From: Rhodospirillales bacterium RIFCSPLOWO2_02_FULL_58_16
Lineage (GTDB): Bacteria > Pseudomonadota > Alphaproteobacteria > Rhodospirillales > 2-02-FULL-58-16
DNA length: 58,608 nucleotides
Reading direction: 5' to 3'
Assembly (NCBI GenBank): GCA_001830425.1
Contig: MIAA01000016.1
Location: forward strand, 104,055-162,662
Under the pieces are notes generated by a model. The model was not told the origin of the DNA and made no database searches. It saw nothing but the letters and a program-made list of their open reading frames with translations. Of the stretch, positions 27,546-37,909 are shown in pieces. The position numbers were made by a program, and so were the translations under genes. Numbering within the stretch: the stretch's first letter is position 1; every line of letters starts with the position of its first letter.

Positions 27546-27562
27546 CCATCAAGGCGCCGAAC

Positions 27563-28564
27563 ATGTCAGAAACCGTCGTCCTGCCGGGAACAGACGCCCT
27601 CACCGAGGAGGGAATGGACCCCGATATTGATCTTTACGCCGAGATCAACCGGCTTCGGCGCGAAAAAAACGCCGTCATCCTCGCCCACTACTACCAGGAC
27701 TCGGAGATTCAGGATTTAGCCGATTTCGTCGGCGACTCCCTCGACCTGTCGCGCAAGGCGCAGGAAACCGCCGCCGATATGATCGTCTTTTGCGGAGTGC
27801 GCTTCATGGGCGAGGCGGCCAAGATACTCAACCCTTCCCGCGCCGTGGTTCTCCCCGACGCCGAAGCCGGCTGCTCCCTTGAGGACTCGTGCCGGCCCGA
27901 CGATTTCCGCGCCTTCCGGGAAAAGCGCCCGGACCATCTGTCGATTACCTACATCAACTGCTCCGCCGCCGTGAAGGCGTTGTCCGACATCATCGTCACC
28001 TCGTCCAATGCCGAAGCGATCATTCGCCAAATTCCAAAGAAGCAACCGATCCTGTTCGCCCCGGATCGTTATCTGGGCGGCTATCTCAACGGCAAGACGG
28101 GACGCGATATGCTTTTATGGCCGGGAACCTGCGTCGTCCACGAGCAGTTTTCCGAAAAGGAACTGGTCAAGCTCAAGATAAAATATCCCCACGCCCTGGT
28201 GGCGGCCCATCCCGAATGCCCGGAGGCGATTCTCAATCTGGCCGACCATGTCGGCTCCACCAAGTCGCTCCTGAACTTTGTGACTGCCGCCGCCGCCGAT
28301 GAGTACATCATCGCCACCGAGCCTCACATCATCCATCAGATGCAAAAGGCCTCCCCCGGCAAGACTTTCATCCCCGCCCCCGGCGCCGACGGCGGATGCT
28401 CCTGCGCCGACTGCCCCTATATGGAGAAAAACACGCTGGAAAAAGTGTACTTGTGCATGGTCAACGAAGCCCCCTATTTTCAAATGGCCGAGCCGCTCCG
28501 TCTGGCGGCGCTGAAACCCCTGCAAAGAATGATGGATATGTCGCCATCGCCCGTTCAAAAATAA
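27563..28564 (+). CDS. nadA: Quinolinate synthase
   Basis: [22 protein letters not shown] and the downstream family pattern. It sits in nadA-nadB-nadC order. Confidence 0.95.
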   Translation: MSETVVLPGTDALTEEGMDPDIDLYAEINRLRREKNAVILAHYYQDSEIQDLADFVGDSLDLSRKAQETAADMIVFCGVRFMGEAAKILNPSRAVVLPDAEAGCSLEDSCRPDDFRAFREKRPDHLSITYINCSAAVKALSDIIVTSSNAEAIIRQIPKKQPILFAPDRYLGGYLNGKTGRDMLLWPGTCVVHEQFSEKELVKLKIKYPHALVAAHPECPEAILNLADHVGSTKSLLNFVTAAAADEYIIATEPHIIHQMQKASPGKTFIPAPGADGGCSCADCPYMEKNTLEKVYLCMVNEAPYFQMAEPLRLAALKPLQRMMDMSPSPVQK

Positions 28565-30159
28565 TGGAATCCGAAACGTCTTACGACGTCATCGTCATCG
28601 GCAGCGGCGCGTCGGGACTGAGCGCCGCCCTCACCCTGGCGCCCAAGATGCGCGTCGCCTTGCTCAGCAAAGGCGCGTTAAGGGACGGCAACACCGTCCA
28701 CGCCCAGGGCGGCGTCGCCGCCGTTATGGATGAAAACGACAGCATCGATTCCCACATCGAAGACACGCTGAAAGCCGGGGCCGGCCTATGTGACCCTGAT
28801 GTCGTCCGCTTTGTGGTTGAAAACGGACGCCGGGCGGTCGAACGGCTGATCAGCCTCGGCGTCAATTTCAGCCGCCGCGACGACTGCGATAAATACCACC
28901 TGACCCGCGAAGGCGGCCACAGCCGCCGCCGCGTCATCCACGCCGCCGACGCCACCGGCGAGGCCATTGAAAAAACACTGGAAGAACGGGTCCGCGCCGA
29001 ACCCGGTATCTCCGTGCTGGAAAATCATTCAGTCATCGATCTGATCGCCGGCGAAGGCCCCGCCAAACGCTGCCTGGGCGCTTACGCCCTGGATACCGCC
29101 GCCCGTCGGGTCAAACTGTTGTCCGCCAAGACGGTGGTGCTGGCCACCGGCGGCGCCAGCAAGGTCTATCTGTATACCACGAACCCGGACTGCTCTACCG
29201 GCGACGGGATCGCCATGGCCTGGCGCGCCGGTTGCCGGGTGGCGAACATGGAATTCAGCCAATTTCACCCTACCTGCCTGTTTCATCCTCAGGCTAAATC
29301 TTTCCTGATTACCGAATCGGTGCGCGGCGAGGGCGGTCGTCTGCTGCTTAATGACGGCTCGCGCTTCATGGATCGCTTCCATAAAGACGCCGAGCTGGCG
29401 CCCCGCGACATCGTCGCCAGGGCCATCGACCACGAGATAAAGCGCCTCGGCATTGACTGCGTCTACCTGGACATCAGTCACAAACCCCGGGAGTTTATTG
29501 AAAGCCACTTCCCCACCGTTTATCACAACTGCCTGAAGTTCGGCTTCGACATGACCAGTGAGCCTCTTCCGGTAGTGCCGGCGGCCCATTACACCTGCGG
29601 CGGCGTAGTGGTTGACATGCGCGGACGAACCGACATTGACGGACTCTACGCCATCGGCGAAACGGCCTGCACCGGCCTGCACGGAGCCAACCGCATGGCC
29701 AGCAACTCGCTGCTGGAATGCCTGGTGTTCTCGGAGGCCGCCGCCAAGGACATCATTGAAAACATCCGGCAAACGCCCGCTCCCCCGCCCCTGCCCGAAT
29801 GGGACGAAAGTCTGGTCGCCAATGCCGACGAGGAAGTTGTGGTTTCCCACAACTGGGAGGAACTGCGCCGTTCCATGTGGGACTATGTGGGCATTGTCAG
29901 GACCGACAAACGCCTTGAAAGAGCGCAACGGCGCGTTGACCTGCTGCTCGGCGAGATTGCCGAATACTACGGCAATTTCCGGGTTACCGGCGACTTGCTG
30001 GAGCTTCGCAATCTGGCGCTGGTCGCCGACCTGATTATCCGCTCGGCGGCGAAGCGCAAGGAAAGTCGAGGGCTGCACTACACCCTGGACTATCCGACAA
30101 CCGATAACAGCCGCCCGCCGAAAAACACCATCCTGATCCCAAAAGGTTTCGCAAAATGA
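28564..30159 (+). CDS. nadB: L-aspartate oxidase
   Basis: [16 protein letters not shown] motif and the succinate dehydrogenase/fumarate reductase flavoprotein pattern. ATG 28564 overlaps the nadA stop (TAATG). Confidence 0.95.
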   Translation: MESETSYDVIVIGSGASGLSAALTLAPKMRVALLSKGALRDGNTVHAQGGVAAVMDENDSIDSHIEDTLKAGAGLCDPDVVRFVVENGRRAVERLISLGVNFSRRDDCDKYHLTREGGHSRRRVIHAADATGEAIEKTLEERVRAEPGISVLENHSVIDLIAGEGPAKRCLGAYALDTAARRVKLLSAKTVVLATGGASKVYLYTTNPDCSTGDGIAMAWRAGCRVANMEFSQFHPTCLFHPQAKSFLITESVRGEGGRLLLNDGSRFMDRFHKDAELAPRDIVARAIDHEIKRLGIDCVYLDISHKPREFIESHFPTVYHNCLKFGFDMTSEPLPVVPAAHYTCGGVVVDMRGRTDIDGLYAIGETACTGLHGANRMASNSLLECLVFSEAAAKDIIENIRQTPAPPPLPEWDESLVANADEEVVVSHNWEELRRSMWDYVGIVRTDKRLERAQRRVDLLLGEIAEYYGNFRVTGDLLELRNLALVADLIIRSAAKRKESRGLHYTLDYPTTDNSRPPKNTILIPKGFAK

Positions 30160-30998
30160 CCATAGACCGCAAAACCATCCGACGAATCATCAACGCGGCC
30201 CTTGATGAAGATATCGGCAAAGGCGACATCACATCGGAAACGGTGATCCCCGTGGATGCCGGCTTCGCCGGCGCGATAACGGCGCGCCAGGATTTGGTCG
30301 TCGCCGGCATCGGCTTTTCCCTTGAAGCGTTCCACATGACGGCGGATCGCATGGCCAAGGAAATCACCGTGGATATCCTGATAAACGACGGCGACCGGGT
30401 GACGGCGGGAACGGAACTGGCCCGTATCGAGGGCAATGCCTGGGCGCTGCTGGCCGCCGAGCGCACGGCGCTCAACCTGCTGCAACACCTGTCGGGCATC
30501 GCCACCCTGACCCGAACCTATGCGGACGCCATCGAAGGAACCGGCGCCGTGCTGCTGGACACCCGCAAAACCATTCCCGGCCTAAGGGATATGGCCAAGT
30601 ATGCCGCCCGCATGGGCGGCGCCGAAAACCATCGCCTGCGGCTGGACAGCGGCATCCTGATCAAGGACAACCACATCGCCGCCGCCGGCGGCATCGCCAT
30701 CGCCGTCGCCAGGGCAAAAAATATCGGCATCGTCGATATTGAAGTCGAATGCGACACTCTCAATCAAGTCGAGGAAGCAATAACGGCAGGCGCCGACGCC
30801 GTTCTGCTTGATAACATGGATATGGAAACCCTGCGCCGGGCGGCGACGCTGACCAAAGGCCGCTGCCGAACCGAAGCCTCGGGCGGAATAACCCTGGAAA
30901 ACATCCGCGCCGTCGCCGAGACCGGCGTTAACTACATCTCCGTCGGGCGCATTACCCACTCCGCCCCGGCCGTGGACATCGGCCTTGATCGGCGATGA
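30156..30998 (+). CDS. nadC: Nicotinate-nucleotide pyrophosphorylase (carboxylating)
   Basis: [16 protein letters not shown]...LLDTRKT...LLDNM motifs. ATGA overlap with nadB. Confidence 0.95.
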   Translation: MTIDRKTIRRIINAALDEDIGKGDITSETVIPVDAGFAGAITARQDLVVAGIGFSLEAFHMTADRMAKEITVDILINDGDRVTAGTELARIEGNAWALLAAERTALNLLQHLSGIATLTRTYADAIEGTGAVLLDTRKTIPGLRDMAKYAARMGGAENHRLRLDSGILIKDNHIAAAGGIAIAVARAKNIGIVDIEVECDTLNQVEEAITAGADAVLLDNMDMETLRRAATLTKGRCRTEASGGITLENIRAVAETGVNYISVGRITHSAPAVDIGLDRR

Positions 30999-31005
30999 AT
31001 AAACT

Positions 31006-31626
31006 CTAAAACTTGCGCTTGGCGATGAGGTCCGGCGGCATTATGGACAGGCGGATGTACTGGGCGAGGATATGCATTAATGACTGGTGCGTATCCTCAA
31101 TGATGCCGTAGTTATCGGCTTCTACATGCAGGTTCACCGTCGCCGTTTTCGCCGTGCGGCCGCCGGAAAACCCGGTAAACGAAATCACCTCCAGCTTGTT
31201 GTTTCGCGCCCATTGGGCGGCGCGAACGACGTTCTCTGAATCGCCGGACGAGCTGATGGTCAGCAGCGCGTCGCCGGGGTCGGCGCTTGATTTAAGCTGA
31301 TAGACAAAAATGTCGTCATAGGAAATATCGTTGGAAATGGCGGTAATCATCGAAATATTGTCGTTGAGCGAAACGACGCGGGGAACCAGATCGGTATCGG
31401 TCTGGATCAGCTTGACGTGATCGCAGACAAAGGTGGCGGAAATCACCGCCGAGCCGCCGTTGCCGCAGACATAAAGGGTGGCGCGACGCCGGTAGACATC
31501 CGTCAAAATCCTTGCCGCCTCGCCCAGCTTGCCCCGGTCAACGGAAGCCGCCGCCTTGCCCAGACGCTCGAAATAGGCGTCGCCGTAGGCCGCAATGTCT
31601 TTATATTTCTCATCGGGAAATGTCAT
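31006..31626 (-). CDS. SIS-domain protein (GmhA/DiaA-like phosphoheptose isomerase family)
   Basis: YVCGNGGSAVISATFVCD and ISSSGDSENV SIS motifs. 206 aa. Confidence 0.75.
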   Translation of the reverse strand: MTFPDEKYKDIAAYGDAYFERLGKAAASVDRGKLGEAARILTDVYRRRATLYVCGNGGSAVISATFVCDHVKLIQTDTDLVPRVVSLNDNISMITAISNDISYDDIFVYQLKSSADPGDALLTISSSGDSENVVRAAQWARNNKLEVISFTGFSGGRTAKTATVNLHVEADNYGIIEDTHQSLMHILAQYIRLSIMPPDLIAKRKF

Positions 31627-31656
31627 GAAGTTTCCTGCTGTAAAAGTCGCCTTAGA

Positions 31657-34600
31657 TTACGAAGACGCCGAAGCCTCGGCCAAGGTTCTTAATTGCCTGC
31701 CGGCGACGGCAATCATGGAAATATCATTGATCTCGGTCGCCCACAATTCCGTAAGCAGTTGTTCAGCCTGATCAATGGCGGCGCAATTGCCGGCGGTCCA
31801 GATGCCGATGGCCTTTTCCGGATCGGTCATATTACCGGAGAAATCCAGGATTTGTGAAGTAAGCGCCCGCTGGTGTCCGTAAATTTCCTCCACCAGCGCC
31901 GCTACCGCCATATTCTGCCAATAGGTTTCGACAACCAGTTTTTCCGCTGCGGCGCGTAGGCGCCCCATCCTGAAACGGGCGCCGACGGCAAAATACAGTC
32001 GGGCGACATCGGTAACGGCAAGGCGACGCCTGCCGGCGAGACGGACAATGTCGCAGCCCGAAAACAAATTCACCAGCCCCGCCACCTTGATCGCCAGCTT
32101 TTCCGGCACGCCCTGATCAACGTAGATCATGGCCCGGCTTTTTACGTCTTCGCGGTAATGCCTGGGAAGCGTCTTGTTCAGGCCGCCGATAAGATCGGCG
32201 AAGCCGGCGGCGAACTCGGCGCACTGAACGCCGATCGCCGGCAGCCTGTCGCCGTTGCGCAAGAACCACAACGTGATCCACTTGATGAGATTGTTGATGT
32301 CGATAAGCATCGCGGTCTGGGCCTTGGCGGGAACCTTGTTATCCAGCGCCGAAATATCTTCCCACAAGCTGCGCAAACCCAGCACTTCCCGGGCAATCGT
32401 GTAGGCCCGCGCAATTTCGGGCGGCGTCGTTCCGGTTTTTTCCATGACATGGTGGACGAAAGCGCCGCCAACCCGGTTAATCATGGAATTGGTAATGCGG
32501 GTGGCGATGATTTCGCGGCGCAAACGATGGCCGCCGATTTCTTTCTTGTATTTATTTTTCAGCGGCGTCGGGAAATAATTAATCAAATCCTTGTAAAGAT
32601 CGGGATCGTCCGGAAGATCGGAATTCAACAGTTCGTCGTAAAGCCAAATCTTGGCATAAGACATCAGCACCGCAATTTCCGGCCTGGCAAATCCCTGCTT
32701 TGTAGTCTCACGCTCGATCAAGGTCTCGTCATCAGGCAGGAATTCGACCGTCCTATTCAGCTTGCCGACCTTTTCAAGCATCCGCATCAGCCGCGCCTGA
32801 CTGTCAAAAATCTCCATTCCTTGAGTCTGTATCAGGGTAATCGCCTGGGTCTGCGCGTAGTTGTCCTTAAGCACCAGCGCCGACACCTCATCGGTCATGC
32901 TCGCCAACAGGCTGTTGCGCTGCTTCATCGTTAAATCGCCGTTGGCGACCACCTGATCCAGCAGAATCTTGATGTTGACCTCGTTGTCGGAACAATCGAC
33001 CCCGGCGGAATTATCGATGAAATCCGTATTCAACCGCCCGCCGCCGAGCGCAAATTCAACGCGGGCGCGTTGCGTCATCCCCATGTTGGCGCCCTCGGCT
33101 ATGACATTGCATTTCAGTTCGGAAGCGTTGATGCGGATAGCGTCGTTGGCCCTGTCGCCGGCATCGGCGTGCGTTTCATGAGCAGCCTTGATGTAAGTGC
33201 CGATGCCGCCGAAGCTCAACAAATCGACATGCGTGCGCAGAATGGCGCTGATCAATTCGCCGGGAGTCGCCTTGTCCTTGGCGATGGCGAGGCATTTCTT
33301 GATTTCAGGGCTGAGAATGATCGCCTTTGCGCGCCGCTCGAACACGCCGCCGCCCGCTGAAATCAGCTTCGGGTTATAGTCGCTCCAATTCGAGCGCGGC
33401 AGGGCAAACAACCGCTTACGCTCGGCATGGCTCTTGATCGCATCCGGTTCAGGGTCGATGAAGATGTGCGAATGGTTAAACGCCGCCACCAGCCTGATGC
33501 GCTCGGACAACAACATGCCGTTGCCGAAAACGTCGCCCGACATGTCGCCGACGCCGACCACCGAGAGTTTCTTTTCCTCGGCATTGACGCCAATTTCGCG
33601 GAAGTGACGCTTCACGGATTCCCAGGCGCCGCGAGCGGTAATTCCCATCTTTTTATGGTCATAGCCGACGCTGCCGCCGGAAGCGAAAGCATCGCCGAGC
33701 CAAAACCCGTAGTCGCCGGAAACGCCGTTGGCGATATCAGAGAAAGTAGCGGTCCCCTTGTCGGCCGCCACCACCAGATAAGGATCGTCGCCGTCATAAC
33801 GAACCACGTCTGTCGGCGGCATGACCTTGTCGCCGGAAAGATTGTCGGTGATGTCCAGCAACCCGCGCATCAGGGTTTTGTAGCACTCAATTCCTTCATT
33901 CAGCAGGGCTTCGCGGCCGCCTCCCTGCGGCGGCTTCTTGACCACGAACCCTCCCTTGGACCCTACAGGCACGATGACGGCGTTTTTCACCATCTGCGCT
34001 TTCATCAGGCCGAGAACTTCGGTTCGGAAATCCTCGCGCCGATCCGACCAGCGGATGCCGCCGCGAGCAACCTTGCCGCCGCGTAAATGAATCGCCTCGG
34101 CCCTGGATGAATAGACAAAGACCTCCACCATCGGACGCGGCAGCGGCAACTCGTCTACCTTAAGGCTGTCCAGTTTGAAGGAAAGATAGGACTTGGGCGC
34201 TCCGCTTTCCGTTTTCTGAAAGAAGTTGGTGCGCAGGGTGGATTCCACGAGATTGATGAAACGGCGCAAAATTCGATCCTCGTCGGCGCCGGCCACCGCA
34301 TCCAGCCCCTCGTTCAGCTTTTTAAGGATTGAGACTGCCCGTTTATCCGTATCCTTGGAACGGTTGGGGTCAAATCTCGCCAAAAACAAATCGACGATCA
34401 AACGGGTCAGTCCCGAATTATTGGTCAGGGTTTTTTCCATGTAAGCCTGCGAGAACGTGATCCCGGCCTGACGCAAATACTTGCTGTAAGCCCTGAGGAT
34501 AACTACTTCGCGCCAAGCCAGTCCGGCGCCCAGGACCAGAACGTTAAAGCCGTCGCTTTCTATCTCTCCCCGCCATACGCGCTTGAATGTCTCCCTGAAT

Positions 34601-36501
34601 TTGTCGCCGATGACGTCAAGGTCAACGGCGCTTCCATCGCGGGTCTCAAGCCCGAAATCATGCAGCATCACCAGATCATTATCGGGACGGATGGAGTGAG
34701 GCTTTTCATCCATCACCTTCAGCCCCATATGCTCCAGCATGGGCAGGATATCGGACAGGGGTATCGCGCTTCCGGGATGGTAGACCTTAAGCCACATTTG
34801 ATTTTTCGATACATTTTCGGGACGATAAATCCTCATGCCGATTTCCCCGCTTTTCAGGGACGCTTCGGCCATGGATATATCGTCGATGGCGACGGCGGCG
34901 CTGAACCGCTCGGTGTACCCCAGGCGAAACGCCCGGCAATACCGCAGGAAAAGAGACTGTCCCCGCTCCTCGCCGTTGACCTTGATCAGCGCTTCCCGCA
35001 AACGGTCGAACCACGAACACGCGGCATCGATCAGTTGCGCCTCGATCTTTAAGACATCATAGACGGGAATGTTTCCCGGCGTCGTTTGAACGACAAAGTA
35101 CAGCCTCGCCAGCGGCGTCTCCCCCAACTGCGTGGAATGAGTCAATATTTTGCCGGCAAAGGCCTTTTCCAGTATTTCCTGGAAGCGAAGCCGAAGAGCG
35201 GTAGTGTGAGCATCACGCGGCACATAGACAAGGCAGGTGACAAAACGCTCGAATTCATCGCGACGGACAAAAATGGCGACCCGCTGCCGATCCTGAAGAT
35301 GCAAAATGCCTAAACCGGTCAGATACAGATGCTCTACCGAGGCCTGAAACAGTTCGTCGCGGGGGAACGTGGACAGGATATTCAGCAGAGCCTTGCCGTC
35401 ATGGCCGGACTCCATAAAACCGGTTCGTTTAAAGGTCAGGTCCAGCTTTCGTTTCAATAACGGAATTTCCCACGGGCTTAGGCTGTAGGCTACTGAAGTA
35501 AACAAGCCGACGAACAGGCGTTGGCCGATCACCTTGCCCTTTGCGTCAAGACGCTTGACACCGATGACGTCCAGGGGCGCCGAACGGTGAACGGTGGAAA
35601 TCTTATTGGACTTGAGAACCATCAATAAATCAGGCTTGTTGACAAAATCACGCGCCTTCGCCGACATGGAGGCCAAGTCCTGCAACTCCTCCAGCACCAT
35701 GACATTTTGGTCCCGAAGAATGCCGAGGCCGGAATTTTTAACAATCGACACGGTCGTCTTGGCGCCGCCGTCCTTGAACATGTACTCGCGGAATCCCAGC
35801 AGGGTGAAATGATCGTTATGTATCCAACTCAGAAAATCACGAACCTCGTTCAGATCGCCGGGCGTGACGTTCGCCGGCGTCTTGGCAAGTTCGCCGATAA
35901 TGTCGGCCAGTTTATTGCGCACGGGCGCCCAATCATCGACGGCGGCGCGCACATCCTCGGTCACTTTTTCAAGGCCTTCGCGGATTTCATCCGGGCGCTT
36001 GCCGGATTGCCTGTTAACCTCGATGTGCATAAACGATTCCGCGCCGCCTTTTTCTCCCGCTTTTGCCGACTCCCCGGCGGTCAGCAGCTTGCCGCCCTTG
36101 CTGCGGCTGACATTATAAACCGGATGAATTATCAGATGGGTGGTCAACCCCTGGCGGTTCAGTTCGGCAACCGTGGTATCCACCAGAAACGGCATGTCAT
36201 CATTGATTATTTCAATGATCGTATGGTCGGACTTCCAGCCGTCTTTTTCCGGCGTCGGGTTGAAAACACGGATATTGGCGTGGCGAGGAGAGCGATTTGC
36301 CGCAAGTCTCCATAAAGATTGCGCGAAACTTAAGAGATCAGCCGGACTGTTTTCAAGAATGTCGCCGGGAGGCACATGCTTGAAACATTGTTTGATAAAT
36401 CGTTCGGCATCCGCCGCCTTGTCGCCGTCAAGACCCTTGCGGGCCGCCCGGATGACCTTGTTAACCAGTTCCGCTTTTTGCTTTTCAGCTTCCCGCAGCA
36501 T
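31657..36501 (-). CDS. gdhB: NAD-specific glutamate dehydrogenase, large (~180 kDa) class
   Basis: 1614-aa single ORF. The central GGIRWSDRREDFRTEVLGLMKAQMVKNAVIVPVGSKGGF core is characteristic of large NAD-GDH. Confidence 0.9.
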   Translation of the reverse strand: MLREAEKQKAELVNKVIRAARKGLDGDKAADAERFIKQCFKHVPPGDILENSPADLLSFAQSLWRLAANRSPRHANIRVFNPTPEKDGWKSDHTIIEIINDDMPFLVDTTVAELNRQGLTTHLIIHPVYNVSRSKGGKLLTAGESAKAGEKGGAESFMHIEVNRQSGKRPDEIREGLEKVTEDVRAAVDDWAPVRNKLADIIGELAKTPANVTPGDLNEVRDFLSWIHNDHFTLLGFREYMFKDGGAKTTVSIVKNSGLGILRDQNVMVLEELQDLASMSAKARDFVNKPDLLMVLKSNKISTVHRSAPLDVIGVKRLDAKGKVIGQRLFVGLFTSVAYSLSPWEIPLLKRKLDLTFKRTGFMESGHDGKALLNILSTFPRDELFQASVEHLYLTGLGILHLQDRQRVAIFVRRDEFERFVTCLVYVPRDAHTTALRLRFQEILEKAFAGKILTHSTQLGETPLARLYFVVQTTPGNIPVYDVLKIEAQLIDAACSWFDRLREALIKVNGEERGQSLFLRYCRAFRLGYTERFSAAVAIDDISMAEASLKSGEIGMRIYRPENVSKNQMWLKVYHPGSAIPLSDILPMLEHMGLKVMDEKPHSIRPDNDLVMLHDFGLETRDGSAVDLDVIGDKFRETFKRVWRGEIESDGFNVLVLGAGLAWREVVILRAYSKYLRQAGITFSQAYMEKTLTNNSGLTRLIVDLFLARFDPNRSKDTDKRAVSILKKLNEGLDAVAGADEDRILRRFINLVESTLRTNFFQKTESGAPKSYLSFKLDSLKVDELPLPRPMVEVFVYSSRAEAIHLRGGKVARGGIRWSDRREDFRTEVLGLMKAQMVKNAVIVPVGSKGGFVVKKPPQGGGREALLNEGIECYKTLMRGLLDITDNLSGDKVMPPTDVVRYDGDDPYLVVAADKGTATFSDIANGVSGDYGFWLGDAFASGGSVGYDHKKMGITARGAWESVKRHFREIGVNAEEKKLSVVGVGDMSGDVFGNGMLLSERIRLVAAFNHSHIFIDPEPDAIKSHAERKRLFALPRSNWSDYNPKLISAGGGVFERRAKAIILSPEIKKCLAIAKDKATPGELISAILRTHVDLLSFGGIGTYIKAAHETHADAGDRANDAIRINASELKCNVIAEGANMGMTQRARVEFALGGGRLNTDFIDNSAGVDCSDNEVNIKILLDQVVANGDLTMKQRNSLLASMTDEVSALVLKDNYAQTQAITLIQTQGMEIFDSQARLMRMLEKVGKLNRTVEFLPDDETLIERETTKQGFARPEIAVLMSYAKIWLYDELLNSDLPDDPDLYKDLINYFPTPLKNKYKKEIGGHRLRREIIATRITNSMINRVGGAFVHHVMEKTGTTPPEIARAYTIAREVLGLRSLWEDISALDNKVPAKAQTAMLIDINNLIKWITLWFLRNGDRLPAIGVQCAEFAAGFADLIGGLNKTLPRHYREDVKSRAMIYVDQGVPEKLAIKVAGLVNLFSGCDIVRLAGRRRLAVTDVARLYFAVGARFRMGRLRAAAEKLVVETYWQNMAVAALVEEIYGHQRALTSQILDFSGNMTDPEKAIGIWTAGNCAAIDQAEQLLTELWATEINDISMIAVAGRQLRTLAEASASS

Positions 36502-36709
36502 GAAATCCCCCCCGTTTCCCCCGTTATAACGGCCCTTTATATATTTCTAAAAAGGCCACCCCCTTACTTTATAATCATAAAAGATAAGAAGGTAACTGAT
36601 TTTGAGACAGACTTACGCATCGAGCGATTTACGCATACGGCATAAGCGGCCCGTATGCTTATACCAGCAGCCTTACTCATTGATCCATAATGGCCCATTG
36701 CCGGGTTGC

Positions 36710-36787
36710 GATCTGTGTTCATCAGCATACATCCGTGGCTGATAACTAAGGTGAAAAAACCACGGATGAACGCCGATTAACGCGGAT
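36710..36787. repeat. Imperfect inverted-repeat (REP-like) element
   Basis: Perfect 9-bp core stem catccgtgg (36730-36738) / ccacggatg (36760-36768). The arms extend imperfectly (about 17 of 21 positions on hand alignment) to 36710 and 36787. Confidence 0.5.
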
Positions 36788-36795
36788 ATCAATTC

Positions 36796-36816
36796 AAAAA
36801 CGGCATTTTCCTGCCG
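36796..36816 (-). terminator. Weak intrinsic terminator candidate downstream of tRNA-Gly
   Basis: The minus strand reads cggca-ggaaaa-tgccg followed by ttttt. The stem is only 5 bp. Confidence 0.35.
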
Positions 36817-36951
36817 CTGATGAATCGGGAGGTCAAAATTCTACCTGACCTCCCCTTGGCAAGAGGAGGAATTTTTCACTCTACCCGCCGTCAACCACGG
36901 CGCGTCCGGCATCTCCCTGTTTATGCGGGTTTTCCGGCAACGTTTTGAAAG

Positions 36952-37026
36952 CTGGAGCGGGCGATGGGATTCGAACCCACGACTTCAACCTTGGCAAGGT
37001 TGCGCTCTACCCCTGAGCTACGCCCG
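36952..37026 (-). tRNA. tRNA-Gly (anticodon GCC), CCA encoded
   Basis: The reverse complement folds by hand as GCGGGCG-TA-GCTC-AGGGGTA-GAGC-G-CAACC-TTGCCAA-GGTTG-AAGTC-GTGGG-TTCGAAT-CCCAT-CGCCCGC-T-CCA. 75 nt with all four stems paired. Confidence 0.95.
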
Positions 37027-37055
37027 CATGTAAGGGTCTGATTTAAAGCGTCGCG

Positions 37056-37083
37056 GATGATAAGGCAAGCGCGTCGGTTTGCA
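37056..37083 (-). promoter_or_regulatory. Candidate sigma70-type promoter for tRNA-Gly
   Basis: The minus strand reads TTGCAA, a 16-nt spacer, then TATCAT, about 30 nt upstream of the mature tRNA 5' end. An alternative TTGCCT-N16-TTAAAT lies just downstream. Confidence 0.35.
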
Positions 37084-37139
37084 AGTATCATTACACACGG
37101 GTATATATCGCCGCCGGACATTCATCATAGGAGACCACA

Positions 37140-37334
37140 GTGAGCGAACGCAAAGTTGATCCTCAGCTTCTTGAAATCCTGGTCTGTCCCCTGACCAAGG
37201 GACCGTTGCGCTATGACGAAAAGGCTCAGGAGTTGATCAGCGACCAGGCGGAACTCGCCTATCCCATCCGTGACGGCATCCCCATCATGCTGGTGGACGA
37301 GGCGCGGAAGCTGGGCGATGGAGCAACCCGTTGA
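37140..37334 (+). CDS. Trm112/YcaR-family small zinc-ribbon-like protein
   Basis: [17 protein letters not shown]...[15 protein letters not shown] start 6 nt after AGGAG. Confidence 0.8.
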   Translation: MSERKVDPQLLEILVCPLTKGPLRYDEKAQELISDQAELAYPIRDGIPIMLVDEARKLGDGATR

Positions 37335-37705
37335 ACAGCCCCTTCGCCATTTCTCATCGGCCCACGGAAATCCGGCTGAAAAAAGAAGAAAAGACTCTGG
37401 AAATCGATTTTGACGACGGCAGTCGCTTTAATCTGCCGGCGGAGCTTTTGCGCGTTGAAAGCCCCTCCGCCGAAGTCCAGGGCCATGGCCCGAACCAAAA
37501 GAAAGTCGTCGCCGGCCGCCGCCGCGTCGGCATCCTCGGCGTTGAAGCGGTGGGCAACTACGCCATCCGCATCAAGTTCGATGACCGGCACGAATCCGGC
37601 ATTTACTCATGGGATATCCTTTACGACTTCGGCATCCGCCAGAACAAAATCTGGGACAACTACCTGAAAGAACTGGCGGCGCAGGGCCTGAGCCGCGATC
37701 CTTAA
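37331..37705 (+). CDS. DUF971-family protein (gamma-butyrobetaine hydroxylase-like N-terminal domain)
   Basis: [27 protein letters not shown]...[20 protein letters not shown] pattern. TTG start in a TTGA overlap with the upstream stop. Confidence 0.7.
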   Translation: MNSPFAISHRPTEIRLKKEEKTLEIDFDDGSRFNLPAELLRVESPSAEVQGHGPNQKKVVAGRRRVGILGVEAVGNYAIRIKFDDRHESGIYSWDILYDFGIRQNKIWDNYLKELAAQGLSRDP

Positions 37706-37853
37706 CTCATTTGTACGCATTGCTTATATTTTGTTCAGGCCTCTGCTATCTGCCTAATTATTAGGCGGCGACGTGGGTTTGTAAATCCGGGCAACCCCCT
37801 TATTCCAAAACATTTTTCTTTTGATTCAAGGCATTAGCCGCCGCCGCCGCTTT

Positions 37854-37869
37854 TGGCACGGTTCTTGAT
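37854..37869 (+). promoter_or_regulatory. Sigma54-type -24/-12 promoter candidate upstream of amtB
   Basis: TGGCACG-gttc-TTGAT. The -24 element is perfect and the spacing is correct, but the -12 element reads GA instead of GC. It lies 41 nt upstream of the amtB ATG. Confidence 0.35.
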
Positions 37870-37909
37870 GATCAGCAGTCACCGGCTTTTTATTATAAGA
37901 GGATCGCCA

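Noticed and set aside
36921-37121. 66-aa ORF on the minus strand (..SSGVERNLAKVEVVGSNPIARSSF).
   Set aside because: It is the translation of the tRNA-Gly gene body. This is a classic spurious ORF.
36502-37139. Genomic-island or prophage integration at tRNA-Gly.
   Set aside because: There is no integrase, no duplicated tRNA 3' end (attL/attR-like repeat) and no foreign-looking genes on either side. The flanking genes are core housekeeping genes.
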